NCBI RefSeq assembly: GCF_009914755.1
Contig: NC_060928.1
DNA: 64,000 nt
Direction: 5' to 3' (one strand)
Origin: the human T2T-CHM13v2.0 reference genome, Homo sapiens
Made by a program: the position numbers and the translations under genes
Shown here: positions 1 to 10,732 of the stretch, piece after piece
Layout: every line of letters starts with the position of its first letter
Position numbering within the stretch: the first letter of the stretch is position 1
The notes under the pieces: generated by a model
Seen by the model: the letters and a program-made list of their open reading frames with translations, nothing else
What the model was told of the DNA's origin: nothing
The model's database searches: none

Positions 1-145
1 CATAAAAACCAGAAAGAAGCATTCTCAGAAACTTCTTTGTGTTGTGTGTACTCAAGTAACAGTGTTGAACCTTCCTTTTGACACAGCAGTTTTGAAACAC
101 TCTTTTGGTAGAATCTGCAAGTGGATATTTGGATAGCTTTGAGGA

Positions 146-162
146 TTTCGTTGGAAACGGGT
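146..162 (+). promoter_or_regulatory. CENP-B box, M1 (core intact; recurs in each HOR)
   Basis: tttcgttggaaacgggt matches the nTTCGnnnnAnnCGGGn core. Confidence 0.88.
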
Positions 163-315
163 TATCTTCATATAAAATCCAGACAGGAGCATTCTCAGAA
201 ACTTCTTTGTGCTGCATGTCCTCAATTCACAGAGCTGAACCTTTGTTTGGATACAGCATTTTGGAAACATTCCTTTAGTAGAATCTGCAAGTTGATATTT
301 AGATAGCTTTGAAGA

Positions 316-332
316 TTTCGTTGGAAACGGGA
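316..332 (+). promoter_or_regulatory. CENP-B box, M2 (canonical)
   Basis: tttcgttggaaacggga = YTTCGTTGGAARCGGGA. Confidence 0.95.
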
Positions 333-655
333 ATATCTTCATAGAAAATCTAGACGGAAGCATTCTCAGAAACTGCTTTGTGATGTTTGCATTCAAGTCA
401 CAGAGTTGAATATTCCCTTTTATAGAGTAGGTTTGAAACACTCTTTCGGCACTACCTGGAAGTGGATATTTCGAGCTCTTTGAGGCCTATGGTTAAAAGG
501 AAATATCTTCCCATAAAAACTAGACAGAAGCCGTCTCAGAAACTTGTTTGTGATGTGTGTATTCAACTACCAGAGTTGAACATTTCTGTTACAGAGCAAT
601 TTTAAAACACTCTTTTTGTGGAATCTGAAAGTGGATAATTGGATAGCTTTGTGGA

Positions 656-672
656 TTTCGTTGGAAACGGGA
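656..672 (+). promoter_or_regulatory. CENP-B box, M4 (canonical)
   Basis: tttcgttggaaacggga. Confidence 0.95.
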
Positions 673-993
673 TGACGTATAAAATCTAGAGAGAAGCATT
701 CTCAGGAACTTCTTTCTGATGTTTGCATTCAAGTCACAGAATTGAACATTCCTTTTCATAGTGCAGGTTTGAAACACTCTTTCTGTAGTATCTGGAAGTG
801 GACATTTCAAGCGCTTTCAGGCCTACGGGGAGAAAGGAAATATCTTCAAATAAAAACTAGACAGAAGGATTCTCAGAAACTTATTTGTGATGTGTGTCCT
901 AAACGAACACAGTTGAACCTTTGTTTAGATACAGCATTTTGGAAACACTCCTTTTGTAGGATCTGCAGGTGGATATTTGGATAGATTTTAAGA

Positions 994-1010
994 TTTCGTT
1001 GGAAACGGGA
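994..1010 (+). promoter_or_regulatory. CENP-B box, M6 (canonical)
   Basis: tttcgttggaaacggga. Confidence 0.95.
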
Positions 1011-1335
1011 GTTTCTTCATAGAAACTCAAGACAGATGCATTCTCAGAAACATCTCTGTGATGTTTGCATTCCACTCATAGAGTTGAAAACTTCCTTTCA
1101 TAGAGCAGGTTTGAAACACTCTTTTTGTAATATTTGGAAGTGGACATTTGCAGCGCTTTGAGGCCTATGGTGAAAAAGGAAATATCTTCTCATAAAAACC
1201 AGAAACAAGCATTCTCAGAAACTTCTTTTTGATGTGTGTACTCAAGTAACAGAGTTGAACCTTCCTTTTGACACAGCAGTTTTGAAACAATCTTTTTGTA
1301 GAATCTGCAAGTGGATATTTGGATAGCTTTGAGGA

Positions 1336-1352
1336 TTTCGTTGGAAACGGGA
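1336..1352 (+). promoter_or_regulatory. CENP-B box, M8 (canonical)
   Basis: tttcgttggaaacggga. Confidence 0.95.
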
Positions 1353-1505
1353 TATCTTCATATAAAATCTAGACAGAAGCATTCTCAGAAACTTCTTTGT
1401 GCTGTATGTCCTCAATTAACAGAGTTGAACCATTGCTTGGATACAGCATTTTGGAAACATTCCTTGAGTAGAATCTGCAAGTTGATATTTAGATAGATTT
1501 GAAGA

Positions 1506-1522
1506 TTTCGTTGGAAAAGGGA
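1506..1522 (+). other. Degenerate CENP-B box, M9
   Basis: tttcgttggaaaaggga; essential CGGG changed to AGGG. Confidence 0.88.
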
Positions 1523-1847
1523 ATATCTCCATATAAAATCTAGAGGGAAGCATTCTCAGAAACTGCTTTGTGATGTTTCCATTCAAGTCACAGAGTTGAA
1601 TATTCCCTTTTATAGAGCACGTTTGAAACACTCTTTCTGCACTATCTGGAAGTGGACATTTCGAGCGCTTTGAGGCCTATGGTGAAAAAGGAAATATCTT
1701 CCCATAAAAACTAGACAGAAGCATTCTCAGAAACTTGTTTGTGATGTGTGTATTCAACTAACAGAGTTGAACTTTTGTTTTTACAGAGCCGTTTTAAAAC
1801 ACTCTTTTTGTGGAATCAGAAAGTGGATATTCGGATGGCTCTGAGGA

Positions 1848-1864
1848 TTTCGTTGGAAGCGGGA
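1848..1864 (+). promoter_or_regulatory. CENP-B box, M11 (canonical)
   Basis: tttcgttggaagcggga. Confidence 0.95.
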
Positions 1865-2185
1865 TTACGTATAAAATCTAGAGAGAAGCATTCTCAGGAA
1901 CTTCTTTGTGATGTTTGCATTGAAGTCACAGAATTGAACATTCACTTTGATAGAGCAGGTTTGAAACACTCATTCTGTAGTATCTGGAAGTGGACATTTC
2001 AAGCGCTTTCAGGCCTATGGTGAGAAAGGAAATATCTTCGAATAAAAACTAGACAGAAGCATCCTCAGAAACTTATTTGTGATGTGTGTCCTCAACTAAC
2101 AGAGTTGAAACTTTGTTTTGATACAGCATTTTGGAAACACTCTTTTTGTAGAATCTGCAGGTGGATATTTGGATAGCTTAGAGGG

Positions 2186-2202
2186 ATTCGTTGGAAAGGG
2201 GA
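2186..2202 (+). other. Degenerate CENP-B box, M13
   Basis: attcgttggaaagggga; CGGG changed to GGGG. Confidence 0.88.
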
Positions 2203-2355
2203 TATCTTCATATAAAATCTAGACAGAAGCATTCTCAGAAACTTATTTGTGATGTGTGTCCTCAACTAACAGAGTTGAACCTTGGTTTTGATACAGCATT
2301 TTGGAAACGCTCCTTTTGTAGAATCTGCAGGTGGATATGTGGATAGCTCTGAAGA

Positions 2356-2372
2356 TTTCGTTGGAAACGGGA
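2356..2372 (+). promoter_or_regulatory. CENP-B box, M14 (canonical)
   Basis: tttcgttggaaacggga. Confidence 0.95.
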
Positions 2373-2696
2373 ATTTCTTCATATAAAATCAAACAGAAGC
2401 ATTCTCAGAAACTTCTCAGTGATGTTTGCATTCAGCTCATGGAGTTGAACACTTCCTTTCATAGAGCCGGTTTGAAACACTCTTTCTGCACTACCTGGAA
2501 GAGGACATTTCGAGCGCTTTGAGTCCTATGGTGAAAAAGGAAATATCTTCTCATAAAAACCAGAAAGAAGCATTCTCAGAAACTTCTTTGTGTTGTGTGT
2601 ACTCATGTAACAGTGTTGAACCATCCTTTTGACAGAGCAGTTTTGAAACACTCTTTTTGTAGAATCTGCAAGTGGATATTTGGATAGCTTTGAGGA

Positions 2697-2713
2697 TTTC
2701 GTTGGAAACGGGA
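2697..2713 (+). promoter_or_regulatory. CENP-B box, M16 (canonical)
   Basis: tttcgttggaaacggga. Confidence 0.95.
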
Positions 2714-3034
2714 TGACATATAATATCTAGAGAGAAGCATTCTCAGGAACTTCTTTGTGATGTTTGCATTCAAGTCACAGAATTGAACATTCCCTTTCAT
2801 AGAGCAGGTTTGAAACACTCTTTCTCTAGTATCTGGAAGTGGGCATTTCAAGCGCTTTCAGGCCTATGGAGAGAAAGGAAATACCTTCAAATAAAAACTA
2901 GACAGAAGCATTCTCAGAAACTTATTTGTGATGTGTGTCCTCAACTAACAGAGTTGAACCTTTGTTTTGATACAGCATTTTGGAAACACTCCTTTTGTAG
3001 AATCTGCAGGTGGATATTTGGATAACTTTGAAGA

Positions 3035-3051
3035 TTTCGTTGGAAACCGGA
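3035..3051 (+). other. Degenerate CENP-B box, M18
   Basis: tttcgttggaaaccgga; CGGG changed to CCGG. Confidence 0.85.
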
Positions 3052-3251
3052 ATATCTTCATATAAAATCAAGACAGAAGCATTCTCGGAAACATCTCTGT
3101 GATGTTTGCATTCAACTCAGTAGAGTTGAACACTTCCTTTCATAGAGCCGGTTTGAAACACTCTTTCTGCACTACCTGGAAGCGGACATTTCGAGCGCTT
3201 TGAGGCCTATGGTGAAAAAGGAAATATCTTCTCATAAAAACCAGAAAGAAG

Positions 3252-6200
3252 CATTCTCAGAAACTTCTTTGTGTTGTGTGTACTCAAGTAACAGTGTTGA
3301 ACCTTCCTTTTGACACAGCAGTTTTGAAACACTCTTTTGGTAGAATCTGCAAGTGGATATTTGGATAGCTTTGAGGATTTCGTTGGAAACGGGTTATCTT
3401 CATATAAAATCCAGACAGGAGCATTCTCAGAAACTTCTTTGTGCTGCATGTCCTCAATTCACAGAGCTGAACCTTTGTTTGGATACAGCATTTTGGAAAC
3501 ATTCCTTTAGTAGAATCTGCAAGTTGATATTTAGATAGCTTTGAAGATTTCGTTGGAAACGGGAATATCTTCATAGAAAATCTAGACGGAAGCATTCTCA
3601 GAAACTGCTTTGTGATGTTTGCATTCAAGTCACAGAGTTGAATATTCCCTTTTATAGAGTAGGTTTGAAACACTCTTTCGGCACTACCTGGAAGTGGATA
3701 TTTCGAGCTCTTTGAGGCCTATGGTTAAAAGGAAATATCTTCCCATAAAAACTAGACAGAAGCCGTCTCAGAAACTTGTTTGTGATGTGTGTATTCAACT
3801 ACCAGAGTTGAACATTTCTGTTACAGAGCAATTTTAAAACACTCTTTTTGTGGAATCTGAAAGTGGATAATTGGATAGCTTTGTGGATTTCGTTGGAAAC
3901 GGGATGACGTATAAAATCTAGAGAGAAGCATTCTCAGGAACTTCTTTCTGATGTTTGCATTCAAGTCACAGAATTGAACATTCCTTTTCATAGTGCAGGT
4001 TTGAAACACTCTTTCTGTAGTATCTGGAAGTGGACATTTCAAGCGCTTTCAGGCCTACGGGGAGAAAGGAAATATCTTCAAATAAAAACTAGACAGAAGG
4101 ATTCTCAGAAACTTATTTGTGATGTGTGTCCTAAACGAACACAGTTGAACCTTTGTTTTGATACAGCATTTTGGAAACACTCCTTTTGTAGGATCTGCAG
4201 GTGGATATTTGGATAGATTTTAAGATTTCGTTGGAAACGGGAGTTTCTTCATAGAAACTCAAGACAGATGCATTCTCAGAAACATCTCTGTGATGTTTGC
4301 ATTCCACTCATAGAGTTGAAAACTTCCTTTCATAGAGCAGGTTTGAAACACTCTTTTTGTAATATTTGGAAGTGGACATTTGCAGCGCTTTGAGGCCTAT
4401 GGTGAAAAAGGAAATATCTTCTCATAAAAACCAGAAACAAGCATTCTCAGAAACTTCTTTTTGATGTGTGTACTCAAGTAACAGAGTTGAACCTTCCTTT
4501 TGACACAGCAGTTTTGAAACAATCTTTTTGTAGAATCTGCAAGTGGATATTTGGATAGCTTTGAGGATTTCGTTGGAAACGGGATATCTTCATATAAAAT
4601 CTAGACAGAAGCATTCTCAGAAACTTCTTTGTGCTGTATGTCCTCAATTAACAGAGTTGAACCATTGCTTGGATACAGCATTTTGGAAACATTCCTTGAG
4701 TAGAATCTGCAAGTTGATATTTAGATAGATTTGAAGATTTCGTTGGAAAAGGGAATATCTCCATATAAAATCTAGAGGGAAGCATTCTCAGAAACTGCTT
4801 TGTGATGTTTCCATTCAAGTCACAGAGTTGAATATTCCCTTTTATAGAGCACGTTTGAAACACTCTTTCTGCACTATCTGGAAGTGGACATTTCGAGCGC
4901 TTTGAGGCCTATGGTGAAAAAGGAAATATCTTCCCATAAAAACTAGACAGAAGCATTCTCAGAAACTTGTTTGTGATGTGTGTATTCAACTAACAGAGTT
5001 GAACTTTTGTTTTTACAGAGCCGTTTTAAAACACTCTTTTTGTGGAATCAGAAAGTGGATATTCGGATGGCTCTGAGGATTTCGTTGGAAGCGGGATTAC
5101 ATATAAAATCTAGAGAGAAGCATTCTCAGGAACTTCTTTGTGATGTTTGCATTGAAGTCACAGAATTGAACATTCACTTTGATAGAGCAGGTTTGAAACA
5201 CTCATTCTGTAGTATCTGGAAGTGGACATTTCAAGCGCTTTCAGGCCTATGGTGAGAAAGGAAATATCTTCGAATAAAAACTAGACAGAAGCATCCTCAG
5301 AAACTTATTTGTGATGTGTGTCCTCAACTAACAGAGTTGAAACTTTGTTTTGATACAGCATTTTGGAAACACTCTTTTTGTAGAATCTGCAGGTGGATAT
5401 TTGGATAGCTTAGAGGGATTCGTTGGAAAGGGGATATCTTCATATAAAATCTAGACAGAAGCATTCTCAGAAACTTATTTGTGATGTGTGTCCTCAACTA
5501 ACAGAGTTGAACCTTGGTTTTGATACAGCATTTTGGAAACACTCCTTTTGTAGAATCTGCAGGTGGATATGTGGATAGCTCTGAAGATTTCGTTGGAAAC
5601 GGGAATTTCTTCATATAAAATCAAACAGAAGCATTCTCAGAAACTTCTCAGTGATGTTTGCATTCAGCTCATGGAGTTGAACACTTCCTTTCATAGAGCC
5701 GGTTTGAAACACTCTTTCTGCACTACCTGGAAGAGGACATTTCGAGCGCTTTGAGTCCTATGGTGAAAAAGGAAATATCTTCTCATAAAAACCAGAAAGA
5801 AGCATTCTCAGAAACTTCTTTGTGTTGTGTGTACTCATGTAACAGTGTTGAACCATCCTTTTGACAGAGCAGTTTTGAAACACTCTTTTTGTAGAATCTG
5901 CAAGTGGATATTTGGATAGCTTTGAGGATTTCGTTGGAAACGGGATGACATATAATATCTAGAGAGAAGCATTCTCAGGAACTTCTTTGTGATGTTTGCA
6001 TTCAAGTCACAGAATTGAACATTCCCTTTCATAGAGCAGGTTTGAAACACTCTTTCTCTAGTATCTGGAAGTGGGCATTTCAAGCGCTTTCAGGCCTATG
6101 GAGAGAAAGGAAATACCTTCAAATAAAAACTAGACAGAAGCATTCTCAGAAACTTATTTGTGATGTGTGTCCTCAACTAACAGAGTTGAACCTTTGTTTT

Positions 6201-6483
6201 GATACAGCATTTTGGAAACACTCCTTTTGTAGAATCTGCAGGTGGATATTTGGATAACTTTGAAGATTTCGTTGGAAACCGGAATATCTTCATATAAAAT
6301 CAAGACAGAAGCATTCTCGGAAACATCTCTGTGATGTTTGCATTCAACTCAGTAGAGTTGAACACTTCCTTTCATAGAGCCGGTTTGAAACACTCTTTCT
6401 GCACTACCTGGAAGCGGACATTTCGAGCGCTTTGAGGCCTATGGTGAAAAAGGAAATATCTTCTCATAAAAACCAGAAAGAAG
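3252..6483 (+). repeat. HOR unit 2, 19-mer
   Basis: 3232 bp; all landmarks offset +3232 from unit 1. Confidence 0.95.
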
Positions 6484-9400
6484 CATTCTCAGAAACTTCT
6501 TTGTGTTGTGTGTACTCAAGTAACAGTGTTGAACCTTCCTTTTGACACAGCAGTTTTGAAACACTCTTTTGGTAGAATCTGCAAGTGGATATTTGGATAG
6601 CTTTGAGGATTTCGTTGGAAACGGGTTATCTTCATATAAAATCCAGACAGGAGCATTCTCAGAAACTTCTTTGTGCTGCATGTCCTCAATTCACAGAGCT
6701 GAACCTTTGTTTGGATACAGCATTTTGGAAACATTCCTTTAGTAGAATCTGCAAGTTGATATTTAGATAGCTTTGAAGATTTCGTTGGAAACGGGAATAT
6801 CTTCATAGAAAATCTAGACGGAAGCATTCTCAGAAACTGCTTTGTGATGTTTGCATTCAAGTCACAGAGTTGAATATTCCCTTTTATAGAGTAGGTTTGA
6901 AACACTCTTTCGGCACTACCTGGAAGTGGATATTTCGAGCTCTTTGAGGCCTATGGTTAAAAGGAAATATCTTCCCATAAAAACTAGACAGAAGCCGTCT
7001 CAGAAACTTGTTTGTGATGTGTGTATTCAACTACCAGAGTTGAACATTTCTGTTACAGAGCAATTTTAAAACACTCTTTTTGTGGAATCTGAAAGTGGAT
7101 AATTGGATAGCTTTGTGGATTTCGTTGGAAACGGGATGACGTATAAAATCTAGAGAGAAGCATTCTCAGGAACTTCTTTGTGATGTTTGCATTCAAGTCA
7201 CAGAATTGAACATTCCTTTTCATAGTGCAGGTTTGAAACACTCTTTCTGTAGTATCTGGAAGTGGACATTTCAAGCGCTTTCAGGCCTACGGGGAGAAAG
7301 GAAATATCTTCAAATAAAAACTAGACAGAAGGATTCTCAGAAACTTATTTGTGATGTGTGTCCTAAACGAACACAGTTGAACCTTTGTTTAGATACAGCA
7401 TTTTGGAAACACTCCTTTTGTAGGATCTGCAGGTGGATATTTGGATAGATTTTAAGATTTCGTTGGAAACGGGAGTTTCTTCATAGAAACTCAAGACAGA
7501 TGCATTCTCAGAAACATCTCTGTGATGTTTGCATTCCACTCATAGAGTTGAAAACTTCCTTTCATAGAGCAGGTTTGAAACACTCTTTTTGTAATATTTG
7601 GAAGTGGACATTTGCAGCGCTTTGAGGCCTATGGTGAAAAAGGAAATATCTTCTCATAAATACCAGAAACAAGCATTCTCAGAAACTTCTTTTTGATGTG
7701 TGTACTCAAGTAACAGAGTTGAACCTTCCTTTTGACACAGCAGTTTTGAAACAATCTTTTTGTAGAATCTGCAAGTGGATATTTGGATAGCTTTGAGGAT
7801 TTCGTTGGAAACGGGATATCTTCATATAAAATCTAGACAGAAGCATTCTCAGAAACTTCTTTGTGCTGTATGTCCTCAATTAACAGAGTTGAACCATTGC
7901 TTGGATACAGCATTTTGGAAACATTCCTTTAGTAGAATCTGCAAGTTGATATTTAGATAGATTTGAAGATTTCGTTGGAAAAGGGAATATCTCCATATAA
8001 AATCTAGACGGAAGCATTCTCAGAAACTGCTTTGTGATGTTTCCATTCAAGTCACAGAGTTGAATATTCCCTTTTATAGAGCACGTTTGAAACACTCTTT
8101 CTGCACTATCTGGAAGTGGACATTTCGAGCGCTTTGAGGCCTATGGTGAAAAAGGAAATATCTTCCCATAAAAATTAGACAGAAGCATTCTCAGAAACTT
8201 GTTTGTGATGTGTGTATTCAACTAACAGGGTTGAACTTTTGTTTTTACAGAGCCGTTTTAAAACACTCTTTTTGTGGAATCAGAAAGTGGATATTCGGAT
8301 GGCTCTGAGGATTTCGTTGGAAGCGGGATTACGTATAAAATCTAGAGAGAAGCATTCTCAGGAACTTCTTTGTGATGTTTGCATTGAAGTCACAGAATTG
8401 AACATTCACTTTGATAGAGCAGGTTTGAAACACTCATTCTGTAGTATCTGGAAGTGGACATTTCAAGCGCTTTCAGGCCTATGGTGAAAAAGGAAATATC
8501 TTCGAATAAAAACTAGACAGAAGCATCCTCAGAAACTTATTTGTGATGTGTGTCCTCAACTAAAAGAGTTGAAACTTTGTTTTGATACAGCATTTTGGAA
8601 ACACTCTTTTTGTAGAATCTGCAGGTGGATATGTGGATAGCTCTGAAGATTTCGTTGGAAACGGGAATTTCTTCATATAAAATCAAACAGAAGCATTCTC
8701 AGAAACTTCTCAGTGATGTTTGCATTCAGCTCATGGAGTTGAACACTTCCTTTCATAGAGCCGGTTTGAAACACTCTTTCTGCACTACCTGGAAGAGGCC
8801 ATTTCGAGCGCTTTGAGTCCTATGGTGAAAAAGGAAATATCTTCTCATAAAAACCAGAAAGAAGCATTCTCAGAAACTTCTTTGTGTTGTGTGTACTCAT
8901 GTAACAGTGTTGAACCATCCTTTTGACAGAGCAGTTTTGAAACACTCTTTTTGTAGAATCTGCAAGTGGATATTTGGATAGCTTTGAGGATTTCGTTGGA
9001 AACGGGATGACATATAATATCTAGAGAGAAGCATTCTCAGGAACTTCTTTGTGCTGTTTGCATTCAAGTCACAGAATTGAACATTCCCTTTCATAGAGCA
9101 GATTTGAAACACTCTTTCTCTAGTATCTGGAAGTGGGCATTTCAAGCGCTTTCAGGCCTATTGAGAGAAAGGAAATACCTTCAAATAAAAACTAGACAGA
9201 AGCATTCTCAGAAACTTGTTTGTGATGTGTGTATTCAACTAACAGAGTTGAACTTTTGTTTTTACAGAGCCGTTTTAAAACACTCTTTTTGTGGAATCAG
9301 AAAGTGGATATTCGGATGGCTCTGAGGATTTCGTTGGAAGCGGGATTACATATAAAATCTAGAGAGAAGCATTCTCAGGAACTTCTTTGTGATGTTTGCA

Positions 9401-10732
9401 TTGAAGTCACAGAATTGAACATTCACTTTGATAGAGCAGGTTTGAAACACTCATTCTGTAGTATCTGGAAGTGGACATTTCAAGCGCTTTCAGGCCTATG
9501 GTGAGAAAGGAAATATCTTCGAATAAAAACTAGACAGAAGCATCCTCAGAAACTTATTTGTGATGTGTGTCCTCAACTAACAGAGTTGAAACTTTGTTTT
9601 GATACAGCATTTTGGAAACACTCTTTTTGTAGAATCTGCAGGTGGATATTTGGATAGCTTAGAGGGATTCGTTGGAAAGGGGATATCTTCATATAAAATC
9701 TAGACAGAAGCATTCTCAGAAACTTATTTGTGATGTGTGTCCTCAACTAACAGAGTTGAACCTTGGTTTTGATACAGCATTTTGGAAACACTCCTTTTGT
9801 AGAATCTGCAGGTGGATATGTGGATAGCTCTGAAGATTTCGTTGGAAACGGGAATTTCTTCATATAAAATCAAACAGAAGCATTCTCAGAAACTTCTCAG
9901 TGATGTTTGCATTCAGCTCATGGAGTTGAACACTTCCTTTCATAGAGCCGGTTTGAAACACTCTTTCTGCACTACCTGGAAGAGGACATTTCGAGCGCTT
10001 TGAGTCCTATGGTGAAAAAGGAAATATCTTCTCATAAAAACCAGAAAGAAGCATTCTCAGAAACTTCTTTGTGTTGTGTGTACTCATGTAACAGTGTTGA
10101 ACCATCCTTTTGACAGAGCAGTTTTGAAACACTCTTTTTGTAGAATCTGCAAGTGGATATTTGGATAGCTTTGAGGATTTCGTTGGAAACGGGATGACAT
10201 ATAATATCTAGAGAGAAGCATACTCAGGAACTTCTTTGTGATGTTTGCATTCAAGTCACAGAATTGAACATTCCCTTTCATAGAGCAGGTTTGAAACACT
10301 CTTTCTCTAGTATCTGGAAGTGGGCATTTCAAGCGCTTTCAGGCCTATGGAGAGAAAGGAAATACCTTCAAATAAAAACTAGACAGAAGCATTCTCAGAA
10401 ACTTATTTGTGATGTGTGTCCTCAACTAACAGAGTTGAACCTTTGTTTTGATACAGCATTTTGGAAACACTCCTTTTGTAGAATCTGCAGGTGGATATTT
10501 GGATAACTTTGAAGATTTCGTTGGAAACCGGAATATCTTCATATAAAATCAAGACAGAAGCATTCTCGGAAACATCTCTGTGATGTTTGCATTCAACTCA
10601 GTAGAGTTGAACACTTCCTTTCATAGAGCAGGTTTGAAACACTCTTTCTGCACTACCTGGAAGCGGACATTTCGAGCGCTTTGAGGCCTATGGTGAAAAA
10701 GGAAATATCTTCTCATAAAAACCAGAAAGAAG
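6484..10732 (+). repeat. HOR unit 3, 25-mer variant (M1-12, 13/14 hybrid, 15-17, 11-19)
   Basis: 4249 bp = 3232 + 1017; the M11 landmark occurs twice (ORFs at 8212 and 9229). Confidence 0.95.
8186..9202 (+). repeat. Extra 6-mer cassette (M11, 12, 13/14, 15, 16, 17), copy 1
   Basis: 1017 bp; M17 end is joined to an M11 start at 9203. Confidence 0.92.

Larger units (their letters stand above)
20..3251 (+). repeat. HOR unit 1, canonical 19-mer
   Basis: Monomer starts 20,190,361,531,697,868,1039,1210,1380,1551,1722,1889,2060,2230,2400,2571,2738,2909,3080; type order B B A B A B A B B A B A B B A B A B A. Confidence 0.95.

Noticed and set aside
672-686. CRE-like tgacgt followed by tataaaa next to the M4 CENP-B box, resembling a minimal promoter
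   Set aside because: Only a partial CRE match, overlapping the TATA-like word; tataaaa is standard in B monomers. There is no sequence evidence for transcription initiation here.
1639-1680. Short palindromes (agcgct, aggcct, tctaga, ctgcag) as possible cruciform or terminator sites
   Set aside because: These are ordinary 6-bp sites typical of alpha satellite; I saw no long inverted repeats.
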